Positions 37,741 to 49,300 of a DNA stretch of 64,000 nt are shown piece after piece. How positions within the stretch are numbered: the first letter of the stretch is position 1; every line of letters starts with the position of its first letter. Source of the stretch: Pocillopora damicornis (taxonomy: Eukaryota); NCBI RefSeq assembly GCF_003704095.1, contig NW_020845585.1, positions 62,001 to 126,000 of the forward strand, given 5' to 3'. The position numbers and the translations under genes are program-made. The notes beneath the pieces are model-generated. The model was given only the letters and a program-made list of their open reading frames with translations, ran no database searches and was not told the DNA's origin.

Positions 37741-38827
37741 ATGGAGCCTTCATATAAAGAATACAGGCCCGGTGCTAAATACACGTCTCGAAAGTAAAAC
37801 GTCAACAAATGGATACTCTCCAAACAAATTTTCGTTTTCAGACTTCGCGAACGGCATACTGATTGTGTACCAAGTTTGTAATATTGCACAAGGTCCTTTC
37901 GTAATGAGAGGTGACGTGTTTCATCGCATCGGAGGATTGCATAACGGATTTGGTAGAATGGCTTTGCTAGAATTTTTTGTTCGATCGAAAGGCGAGCTGA
38001 AGATAGCAAAACTTTCAAATTGCAGGTGGACACACGAGATAGCGCGCGTGGATCGTGGAACATTAGAGGGTTCAAACGATGTCACGGAGTACGCCGCTTT
38101 TGGAAATAAATTCAATATTCTTCGCATCGTCACAAACAATCGAATTGAATGGACAACGTGTGTGTCAAACTGGAAATTATGCCCGGAGAAACCCTATGTA
38201 AAGCCAACAGAGCTGTCCAGCGTGGCAGCACCGATTTGTTGCGGGATCGTCTTATTTCAAATGCTGAAAGATATAACATGGGCACTGACCCAACTTGGTG
38301 TAGATTATCGGGTTATTTATGGTACTCTGTTAGGTGCAGTTAGAAGTCAGACTGTTATACCTTGGACGTGTGATGTTGATATCGCGCTTACGAAGGCTGA
38401 CTACGGTAATTCTTCGACCTATTCATCTATTGCAGAACTTTTAAGGACAAAGGGCAGCCATTATTATTTAGGGATATCTTATATGGGTATGCCAAGGGGC
38501 CATATGCTGATGGCACCTTATATAGAGGTTGACACAACTCCCTTTTTCGATGGCCCTGATGATTTAGAAGGTAATAATTTATTATTTAGCAGTGATATCG
38601 AGGAAGCCATACAGGATATGCTGCCTGTCTCATCAGGCTGGAGAGAACGTCGTTATGTCGACTTTTATATTTCCCCTTCAGTTTGGTTGAACGGATCTGC
38701 TCTTGCTGTGATTAACAATGAACAATTTGTTACTCTGAAGGACATAGACTATGAGTTAACTAACTGGTATGGCAAAGGTTATCTTCAACCAGCTCATAGA
38801 GGAGAATGGTTTGGTTGCTTAGACTAA
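37741..38827 (+). CDS. C-terminal half of a second FKRP/LicD-family phosphotransferase; 5' end lost in gap
   Basis: Same motifs as 36630-37640; intact and open from the gap to the TAA at 38825-38827. Confidence 0.85.
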
Positions 38828-39106
38828 TAAATTTGCTGACAGCAAGTGTTTAAAGTTTTGCTCCCTCCTGAATTTAACAAATGCCATTTCTCACTTTTTT
38901 ATTTGTCACTGCTTATAAGAGTGTCGATTTTCCCATAGCACAATCATACAACTATGACTAAATGGTGCTAGCTTTCACAAAAATGTTCCTTCAGTTTTCA
39001 ACATGTGGTTTTCGAGTGCACCCTAAAAAAGGCAGTTACGAGGTGGCCGTGTTCTTTCAATGTTGGCTGTACGTTAGCCAGCTGCATGAAAATAGTAGCT
39101 CTCGAA

Positions 39107-39852
39107 GGGTTAGTGTTTTGTTGTCACACAAAGCTAGCACAGGGCACTAAAAATGCATTTACATAAGCATTTACATGGAAAAACTTCTCCGGCTCTCTTT
39201 GACGAGCATCGTTTTGGAGTGTCACTCGCTTAAGAATATGATAGCCTGCACATCAAGCACCCGATTGGAACGGGTGCTCGCGCGTGGGAAGTTGCGTGTA
39301 TGACTGTTTATAGGAAAAATATAACTTGGACATGAATATCGAAGCGATCTTTGCGGAGGGTTAGTGATTTGTTTATACAAACAAAGCGAGCACAGGGCAC
39401 TAAAGATGCATTCATATAAGCATTTACATGGAAAAACTACTCTCTCTTTGACGAGTATCGTTTCGGAGTATTATTCGCTTAAGAATATGATAGCCTGCAT
39501 ATCAAGCACCCGATTAGAACGGGTGCTCGCGCGTGGGAAGTTGCGTGCATGACTGTTTATAGGAAAAATATAACTTGGACATGAATATGGAAGCGATCTT
39601 TGTAGGGGGTTAGTGTTTTGTTTATACAAACAAAGCGAGGAAAGAGCACTAAAGATGCATTTACATAAGCATTTAAATGGAAAAACTACTCTCTCTTTGA
39701 CGAGTATCGTTTCGGAGTGTTATTCGCTCAAGAATATGATAGCCTGCATATCAAGCACCCGATTAGAACGAGTGCTCGCGCGTGGGAAGTTGCGTGCATG
39801 ACTGTTTAGAGGAAAAATATAACTTGGACATGAATATGGAAGCGATCTTTGC
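39107..39852. repeat. ~249-bp tandem repeat, three copies
   Basis: Units start at GGGTTAGTG at 39107, 39358 and 39607. Each contains AAGCACCCGATT.GAACG.GTGCTCGCGCGTGGGAAG. Confidence 0.95.
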
Positions 39853-39959
39853 AGTTATGAAAACTACTTAAGCAGTAGTGAAAATAAGGCCTAAAAAAAT
39901 TCAGGCCTGTATAGGATTTGATCATTCGTTTCCTAGTCATTTCGTGTCCAGTGCTGAAA

Positions 39960-41230
39960 TCCATGTATGAGACCAATGGCTTAGCTTGGATGTTGATTTT
40001 TCAGGCGGTATCAACCTTTGTTATGCAGTCAAAGAAGTACCAACTGTAAATGCAAATTTTCCCCAGATAATCGTGATGATTAGTCAAGCCAATTCTGTCT
40101 AAGGCGGTGCAGGAAAATGTGTGATACTCGATGATCGACAAGTTTTTAGCCACCTTTTCTTGAAATGTCAAAAAAAGACAGTCGCTAACTACTCGGCCCA
40201 ATATTGATCCAAAAGATGTCAGTTTTGACGGTATCGACAAAGCTTACATGTGACTGTGTTAAATGTGCACCTTTTCTGTTCTACTTTGCATTACCAGCTG
40301 ATTTAAACAAATGGATTTGGCGTCAAACAACTGTTAAGCACACCCATATCAGAGATACGCAGAAAAAATCCCAGCTAAAGGAAAGCAACAAAAATTTACC
40401 TAAGTGCCTTCTGCTTTCAGTTTTGTGTAAGCTAAAGTGCAAATATTTTAGTGAGTTATATTTATCAACAATTGCAAGATTATATTGCTAAAGGAATAAG
40501 GAGTTTAACTCAGCATTCATTTTTGCCGTTTTCCTGTTGCTACATACGCTGGCCTAGCTTGGAATCACTCAGCAAAGTCGTGGTTATGCCTAGCGTTATG
40601 ACCAACCTTGTGCCCACGGTACGCTGCATTGGGACATTGCAATCACCAGGTTGTACATCGTTAACGTGCAAGCACATACGATTCCTTGTTACACACGCAG
40701 CGTACATGCGAACTACCTCCTCCTTTCCCCCTTCTAAATACGTAATGCCGAGATGAATGCCCGCATTGCAGTTATTCACGCATCCTTAAAGTGACACCTT
40801 GTACGGACGTTCGGTTCAATGGTCACGTAATATCTCAAATTTTCTAGGCTTTATGGTTATTAGTATCACTACCATTTTTATAGGTATGGGGCTTCGTTGC
40901 GCGCTGCGAGCTCTGCTATAATTGATAAAACTAACTCGACCAAAGAGTCTCAACCCATTTCACATTATTCAGAAAAACCATAATGCTGTGCACTACTTAC
41001 CTTTCTTTGGTCAAGATCAGATAAACCAATCCCCCAAATATTGTACCAACAAAGGTCTTCTTGAACGTCTGGTAGCGTCTGGTAGCGTCTGGTAGCGTCT
41101 GGTAGCCCCACTTTTTAAAGGCCCCATATAACACCTCTACGCCTAGGGGAGCCCGTGTATTCTTCGCGGAGGCACTAACCTCGTCGTCATCTAGCGAGTG
41201 ATAAAGTGTTTCTAATAAATACATCTTACA
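39960..41230 (-). pseudogene. DUF229-like pseudogene fragments, including an exon remnant ending at a GTAAGT donor near 41000
   Basis: 39960-40645 parallels 43830-44545. 41000-41200 encodes LGVEVLYGAFKKWGYQT then, frameshifted, QEDLCWYNIWG, resembling the DUF229 GY-T-x-x-ED motif. Confidence 0.6.
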
Positions 41231-41871
41231 TCTGGGTACGACATCACTGGGGCTTCTAAATACTTACTCCTAGTATATCCTAGGGCAGTGGAGGCTGAAA
41301 CTGCAAATCCTTCCCAATGATCTGGTGGAACATGTTCTTCGCAATAGTGAATGGCATAACGAGTAAAGAGAGTTTCAACTCTTGGAGCGCTTCTCGATTG
41401 AATATTGTAAATCCAAAACCAAACTGAGTAACTACAACGTCAATCAGAGCACAAAGAAATATTATAGAGCCAATGAGATTTCAGAGCAAAAAAAAAAAAA
41501 GCAAGCAACCGGCTGAAGCGCGGGAAAACGCAGTTGACTAAGTCGCGATTGGTTTAGGTTTGGCATTTGATCGGTTGAGAGAGAGACAAGAATCATCTGG
41601 ACCAATTGGAGACCACAGTGAAGCAAAAACAATAATATCCCGCATTTCTTTTGACATTCACTTAAAAACCTGTGATGAATTTCGCCATGATAGTGTTCAT
41701 GTTGATCATCCGTTCGTTTTAAATATGTTTTATTAGTAACATTTTTCATAATCGGTATGGGGCTGGTAGTTGATTGACAGTATTATTTAAAACTTATCAT
41801 TAAATTATTTAGAAAACCATACGATAATGTAATGACATGATTAAAGTTTAGTTGCATTTAGCTGATAAAAA

Positions 41872-42252
41872 GTGCCTCTTTATGCTCTATGACGTTCACA
41901 AAGCATTCATGAGTTTGAACGATCCTCAGAAATGAACTCCAATGGTTATACAATAACGGAAATATTTTCAGAGATCCCTGTAAACCGCACATGTGCCGAC
42001 TTCTACATGCTTCCCTTGACTAGATGGAAGTGTGAGGGTTTTGACGCAGAGATTCCTGTAAATGACAGTGCAAATGGTCACATGGGGCTGGCCGAATTCG
42101 CTGTTGGGTACATAAATGATGCTATACAAAAACAATACATGAGTGGTGAGACTGCCTCTGTTTGTTGATATATTTTGTTGCTATGTTTAAATCACTTTGC
42201 AATGAAGGAGATTTGGAAATCCACAATCACGAATTTTCATCTTAAATCCATT
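41872..42252 (+). pseudogene. Inverted duplicate of the 3' part of the DUF229-like pseudogene
   Basis: Reverse-complement match to 43184-43572 (LYDVH.AFMSL, IFSEIPVNRTCAD, NDAIQKQY). Confidence 0.75.
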
Positions 42253-43159
42253 TTGAAAGGAGAGCAAAGCTTGTCAAAGGATCGGCTGCAGGATAGCATA
42301 GCTAGCATAATTTCGGTATGTTTGTCCTCTTTTTTCCCTGCCGATATTACATTTATTCGTTGTCATTCATGAAAGCGTTAACTGAAATAGCAATGAGATT
42401 GAATTCTACCAACCACAGTTTGCATGCGTCGGTCAGCCTGAATGTTTTTATAGTATTAAGAAGTATTATAACGTGCATTAAGTGTCAATTATCGAGCTCT
42501 CTTTTCTCGCGCTTACTTTTTAATAAGAGCTTAACTTGAACGGCTCTTTGAACATTGTAGTACATGAGAAGTTGCAGGTTAGGGTCAGGGTTAGGGTTTG
42601 CTTAAGGTTGCGTGTGCCTTTGTGTGCAGAGTTGGACGCCATGATAAGAAAACTGACATCCTTGATCTGTTTTGACATTTTTCAATCAAAGTGATATCGG
42701 AATGCTTTAGTTGGTGAGACAAAAATAGTGTTTACCCTCGTCAAAATGTATTCCCCTTGAAATCGCTTGACAATCTTTTCAAATGATTTTCCAACCAAGC
42801 GTTTGCAGTTTCCATAGCCACGTTTTGTGTGTGTTACAGTTTCCTGAAAAGGAAAAAAATAAATTTAAGAATCAATATAAATTAAGGCACGTTTTTATGC
42901 CTTTTTATCTCACAACTTTTCGTTCCACTGCACTCTTCCTCTCGAATTTCCCTCGTGTTGCCTGAACTCTCTCATCCCTCTCCACCCATCGCACTAAGTC
43001 GCCCTCATTTCACACACCCCACCCCACTCCACCAATCGCACCTCTACACACCCCACTGGCCTTGCTCAAACCACCTTATGCAGTCCCACTTCTCTCCACC
43101 CACCCCACCCATCACAATTCACCTCATCCCACCCCGACCCGTCTCATCTTAAAACCTTT

Positions 43160-44545
43160 AACTGATATGATCACATCGTGTGCTAATGGATTGTGGATGA
43201 AAATTCGTGATTGTGGATTTCCAAATCTCCTTCATTGTCCAATGATTTAAACATAGCAACAAAATATATCAACAAACAGCATATGGAGGCCGTCTCACCG
43301 CTCATATATTTTTTTCGGATAGCATCATTTATATACCCAACATCAATTCGGCCAACCCCATGTGATCATTTGCATTGTCATTTACAGGAATCTCTGCGTC
43401 AAAACCCTCACACTTGCATCTAGTCAAGGGAAGCATGTAGAAGTCGGCGCGTGTGCGGTTTACAGGGATTTCTGAAAATATTCCTGTCACTGAATAATCG
43501 TTGGAGTTCATTTTCTGAGGATCGTTCAAACTCATGAATGCTTCCTGAACGTCATAGAGCATAAAGAGGCGCTTTTGGTTCGTTATCAAGGCACTCGTCC
43601 TTCTTGCCCCCAGTTTGTCCTTGACGCCATCAGGAATGGTCATGAAGAACAGTGGATCGAATAATTCTCTCCTTTCTTCTTCAGTGTAGCTAAACGGAGT
43701 CATTGTGTGGCCATGGTCAGATAAGATGAATGTCTGAAGCCATATATGTGATGAACTTCGCCATGATGACGTCCATGTTGATCATCCGTTTCCCAGTCAC
43801 TTTAATTTGTGTCCGGTGTTGAAATGCATGTATGAGACCAATGGCTTAACTTAAATGTCGTTTTTTATGGCGGTACAAACCTTTGTTATGCAGTCAAAGA
43901 AGTACCAACTGTAAAACTGCTCATTAATGCAAATTTTCTCCGGATAATCGTAATGATTAGTCAAGCCAATTCTGTCCAAGGCGGTACTGAAAAAATGTGT
44001 GATACCTTGATAAACGACAAGTTTTTTAGCCACCTTCTCTTGAAATTCGTTCCACCCGTTAAAAAAAGACAGTCACTGATTGCTCGGCCCAATGTTGATG
44101 CAAAAGATGTCAGTTTTGACGATATCGACAAAGCTCACATGTGACTCTGTGTTAAATGTGCATCTTTTCTGTTCTACTTTGCGATATTATTACCTGATTT
44201 AAACACTGAATCGATTTGGCGTTAAACAACTCTTGCAGCACACACGTATCAGAGAGATGCAGAAAAAATCCTAGCTAAGGGAAAACAGCAAAAGTTTACT
44301 CAGGTATCTTCTGCTTTCAGCCTTGTGTAAACTTGAGCGCAAATATTTCAGTAAGTTATATTTATCAGCAATTGAAAGATTATATTGCCAAAGGAATAAG
44401 GAGGTAAACTCAGGCTTCATTTTTACCGTTTGGCTGTTGCTACAAATGCTGGCCTGGCTTGGAATCACTCACCAAAGTCGTGGTCATGCCTAGCGTTATG
44501 ACCAACCTTGTGCCCACGGTACGCTGCGTTGGGACATTGCAATCG
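43160..44545 (-). pseudogene. Longest DUF229-like (alkaline phosphatase/sulfatase superfamily) pseudogene piece
   Basis: FILSDHGHTMTPFSYTEEERRELFDPLFFM...ALITNQKRLFMLYDVQ...IFSEIPVNRT matches the DUF229 SDHG...E...P...L..N..RL...D pattern; multiple frameshifts. Confidence 0.75.
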
Positions 44546-44559
44546 AGTATGCGCTCTTC

Positions 44560-45140
44560 ACTTCAACGCCCATTAGTGGTGATAATTTTAGACTTATCCC
44601 ACCCAATTGTATGGTTAGTTAGGTATGTGTGCTCCGATAAAGCTGAATTTTCCTTTTTACAAAAGAAAACCGCTTTTTGATGCTCTTTCAAACGTGTACC
44701 AAACTGACGTTTGGTCTGTCCAACGTATTCAATTCGTTGTCACAGTCATTGCAAGGAATGGAATAAATGCCGTCGGTTCGTTGTTCTTTCGTGACAGGAT
44801 CCTTAGGTTTGGCAAAAATATGCCCTAAAGTCTGAAAAGGTTTTTGAACAACTTTAACGTTGTGGCTATTCAAAATTCTCTTGATTGGTTCCGCAACACT
44901 CTGAATGTAAACATTAACCGCAAAACCAGTCGCTGGTTCCCTTTCATCAGGAGTGCTACTAGTTGTAACTGGTTTTTGGCAGTTACGGAGGAAAGTTTTT
45001 GTATAGCTATTCGCCTTTAAGACATTAGAAGCATATTTCCTCTCCTCAGCCTTCGAATCGAGTGAAGATGGTAGACAGTCAGCCCTCCTGAGTAGAGTTT
45101 TGGCTACAGACTTTTTATGGCAAATAGGGTGGTGGTTATA
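44560..45140 (-). mobile_element. Penelope-like retroelement fragment (RT C-terminus + GIY-YIG endonuclease)
   Basis: HHPICHKKSVAKTLLRRA...LKANSY...KPKDPV...GIYSIPCNDCDNE, then frameshifted YIGQTKRQFGTRLKEHQK...SALSEH...HTIGWD. Confidence 0.9.
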
Positions 45141-45364
45141 ACGAACGGACCGAGTGAAGCGATGTCCATGCATCACGACAGAGAACCAAATATTTTTCCG
45201 GCCCACCCAACAAAACTCAGTCAATAAGGATTTTATCAATGATACCACTCGTTGAAAAAATTTTGACATTTTGTTTCAACCCTAATAAGATACATGAAAA
45301 ATTACTCTGTCCTGATTGATTAAGATTATCAAAAATAAGTTATTCACGTAGAGTTCTCTAAAGG

Positions 45365-45551
45365 GGGTAAATTACCATAGAAACTGTAGTACTGCGTCGG
45401 TGGGAGAGTATAACAGGGTAATTTAGTATTATCAAATGAGTTGATAACGTAAATTGGCCACCATAAAGAGTTTAAAAGCTAAGCTTTTAAATTTTTCATG
45501 AAGACCGATTTACATCATCGACTCAATTGATAATACTAAATTACCCTGTTA
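45365..45551. mobile_element. Fold-back copy of the same repeat family as 9120-9260 and 35886-36071, internally deleted
   Basis: ~31-bp inverted arms TAACAGGGTAATTTAGTATTATCAA... (45411) and ...TTGATAATACTAAATTACCCTGTTA (45551). An ~80-bp-period local duplication follows (45535-45670). Confidence 0.7.
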
Positions 45552-46221
45552 TCCACATAGTAAGTTATTTTCAAATATGAAAATATTCAATGCTAATATA
45601 TTCAAAATATTCAAAACTAAATTACCCTGTTATCCACATAGTAAGTTATTTTTAAATATGAAAATATTCAATTAAATATCAATATTTCCTAGCCGTAGAA
45701 TGGTCTAAGCAAAATTTATTGAAAATGACCATCTGTCAAATATTTTTGGAAATCTGGGAAAATGTTTTACCCGTGTAAAGATGATTCGAGACTACAACTA
45801 CCGGTACTCATGGCATGCGGCTTAAATACTCCGTGAGATTCATAAGAAGTTTAAGAGTTAAATTTTGGATTGTTTCACAGTTCACGGTTAATCCCTATTG
45901 AGCAGGTTTTGATGATAGATGCACCAGAACGATACAGACCAATACAAGTATCCCTAATGTGTATAACAACAAACCACGACGCAGTCATTTTTTCATGTCG
46001 AAAAAAACTGATTGGCACCAATGAATTATAAGTCATGGTAATAGGATTTAGAGGAGGTGATTCAGTAACAATAATGAAACGTGTGAACTTAATCTTTTTT
46101 CCCCGTCATAATTCCCGCACCAGTTTGATTAGGACTTCGCAAACACCTCTAAGAGGCCGCCCTAAGTATGGTCTTTGAGGAACGCACGCCTCTTTACTTG
46201 CCGTCACACGCTGAACACTCT

Positions 46222-46234
46222 GTTGCTAGGCTAC
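46222..46234 (+). promoter_or_regulatory. Candidate RFX X-box upstream of LRRIQ3
   Basis: GTTGCTAGGCTAC, one mismatch from GTTGCTAGGCAAC, about 100 bp before the ATG. Confidence 0.5.
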
Positions 46235-46325
46235 GCGTAGCAAAACTACAACAACTGTCATGGCTTCCCGGCTTTGTTGTTTCGTCGAGTTGGTCTCAAC
46301 ATTGTGACAGTGTTTGCGCTTAACG

Positions 46326-49300
46326 ATGGTTTATGACGGTTCTAACAAGGGCTTTCCGAAGACTCCTGGAAAAGGAAGTGTTTTAAAGAAGTCACAAAAG
46401 TCTAAGTTCGAGAAGCAACGAGAGGAAGAAGTTGTTAGAAATGCTCACGAGCGAGGTTATTTGCGCACCCCGACAGCGAATGATATTTGGGACAGTATCG
46501 GCGAAAAGTGCGATCTTAATGACATAAGCTACTTGAATATGAGTAGGATATGCCTTCATACTGTTCAAACCATTGACTGGTGTACGAGGCTACGAATATG
46601 CGTCTTGCATTCCAACTACATTTCTTCATTTGATTCTTTAGCAACCTGTAGGGATCTTGTTTTCTTGGATTTACATAATAATCAGGTGAGCTTTTCATTC
46701 CCTGTATGCCGTGAACTTCGGAGCTTCACGTACTCTCGAGTCAATTCCTAACATTTTAGATTTTCAATGTGGCATTGTTTCATTTTAACCATAACATGAG
46801 AGAGTTTCGGTTCTCACTTTCACAAACCACAAAAAAGGTTGTCTTATTTATTGTTCATCGTCGCACCGGTAGAGCCTAGGTGGTCGTGAGATATCGGACA
46901 TCGGAGAATGTTCCGGCTATTGGCATAAATTTCCGATCAAATTTTGATGTCTCGAATTATTTTTTCTCACTCAGATACGGTGAATATTCAAAAGTCGCCT
47001 AAGTTTATTCAGATGATACCTCTCCTATTCCTCATTAATGAAAACCCTAAGTATTCCTGAAAGAGGGGGGAAGGAGAAGTTGCATTATTTATTTAGTTTT
47101 CTCATTTGATCTTTTACATCATTAAGCATAAACGTTCAAAGTTCTCTAGAGGTACTAGTAGCTGGTGTTCACTTTAAAATTATTTGGGTGAATGGCCGCT
47201 CTTTGTATTTTTAATTTGAATAATTTGTCGTTAGGTATCCAAATTGATGATAAATAAGTTTATGTTGTTAATAATGAGAACGATCTTAATTCTAGGATAA
47301 GATCTTTTAATGGCATATATGAAAGCAAAAATCTGTAATCTGTACTCATCAGATAACAAAACTCCCTGGTCACAAGTTTTGGGCATCGCTCACGGAACTG
47401 AAGGTTGTTTTTCTACACAACAACAGCATTTCTAAACTTGATGATGTGAACTACATGGCTGCATCTTCCAGCATTTCTATTCTGACTCTAAATGACACTC
47501 CTCTCAGCCTAAAACCAAACTACAGACACCATTTGGTGAACAGTTTGTGGACCTTAAAGTCCCTTGACAATTATGTGATTTCTGACGAAGAAATCATAGA
47601 GGATTCATCTTTTGGTGGTCGCTTTGCACCTTTGCGATCAAGTTTTTACATTGACTGTTCTTGTTCTCTAACAAAGGTAAGAAAAACCTTGTACTTAGTA
47701 TCTGGCCTGGCTCTCAATCAAATCACCTGACCTCAGTTGCATCAAATAAATAAGATAAAATTGTTTTTTCAAAATCAATTGGTGTTAACTCTGTGAAGCT
47801 TGAAGGGGCGTTTGAAATTATTTATTTCCAGTACAAAACAGAAAACCTCTTGATCAGATTTGATCAAGAGGTTTGAATCCTCACACAGGACAGATGTTAC
47901 TTTGTCCCTTGTTCATAATAAATCCGTGACATATTTCTTTAAAGTAAAGCTGTTGTGAATCATTTTGATGTTCAGCATATTTCTATATTGTTTAGCATGG
48001 TGATAAAGGTAAAGTCTTTGAGAAATTTAAAACCTGTAATTGTAATGAAGTAGCCTGTATCATACAGTGTGGCATAGTAACCTCTCTTAATAAATTGTCA
48101 GGTGTCAAGTTTAGAAAGATCAATTTATTTTGGTTCTTTCAGGAGAACACTTATGAGGAAGCACTGAAAGAAGTTCACAGGCTTACAGCTGAAGTGAATG
48201 AAATTCAGGCAAAATATTGCCCAGTGTTGATAATACAAAGATACATCCGTGGACACTTGTCAAGATTAAGGTTTAAGTTCATTCAGGACATGAGATTATG
48301 GTGAGACTGAAGTAAATTTAAGTTAAAATGTGCCTTGACTCAAACATAGTTGGGTTAATAGTCTTAACCCATTACACCCTAAGATTGTCATCCATATTCT
48401 CCATACTACTCTCTTTACATTTCCAAATCCAAAGAGAATTTGTTCAACAATCAATTAGGTTCTTAGGCAATCTTTTCTCTTAACCCCATTACTGCTTGCG
48501 TAAGGTACAGAGTATGTCACACAATTTGAATACTGTGTGCCTCCATGACCTACTCAGTACATCAAAAGTTAGGGTAATGGTCAAATCTCTTGCACTGGAG
48601 ATGTTAAATACGCTGGCCTCTATAACAAGTTAAAATTTTGAAAAATAATTAATACATTTGCTGTGACACACTAGGACTTCTCAGTAGATTTGGTAGTTCA
48701 GTGGGTAATGAATGATTAAACAGTATTACTGTTCGGAAAAATAAGATGCTGGTCACTCTCAGGGTTTAATGAGTTAAAGGAAGCCGGTACAAATCCAGGA
48801 TTTTAAGTCCAGAGTGCATTTCAATTGGGGTGTTTTAAAGCCAAATCTGATGTTATCACAACTTTAAAAATTTTCAAGAGGAATTCTTGACTGCCACTAT
48901 TCTGTGTCAGCAACCCTTGTTCTTGGTGTTTATCGCATCCATTTTTACTCCAAAGAGGTACCAAATGTTTTTTTTTGACCTCACTTGTTGTTCACCCTTT
49001 TAACGCCCAGAAGCGAAAAGTGCTTAACCTCTTACAATATCAAACAAACCGAAAATGAGAATTGATAAACTTTCGCGGAAGGTTGTTATCTTGATGTAAC
49101 TGGTGTACCCGTAACTTTCCCATATTTGAAAGAAAATGAAAGGAGAGACATGTGTGACCATGAACGTTCTCTGTTCCTCCCGTTCGTGGGCCTAAGTAAC
49201 TAACTAAGCCTGTTCCTCAAGTAGCTATTTTTCGTCTCGTCATCAGGGCTGCAGTCTCCATTCAGCGGTATTACCGTCACTACAAAGGATACACAGCAGG

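Noticed and set aside
36630-38075. 481-aa ORF, and likewise the gap-spanning ORFs 37568-38827, 31550-32197 and 31937-32692, as complete proteins
   Set aside because: They read through N gaps; the portion beyond each gap is the antisense strand of the other paralogue.
39107-39852. CRISPR array or hammerhead retrozyme multimer
   Set aside because: Units are repeated whole with no unique spacers, no cas genes are present, and I found no CUGAnGA...GAAA core in the unit.
42578-42600. Interstitial telomeric repeat
   Set aside because: Only about three imperfect TTAGGG-like units; too short to support.
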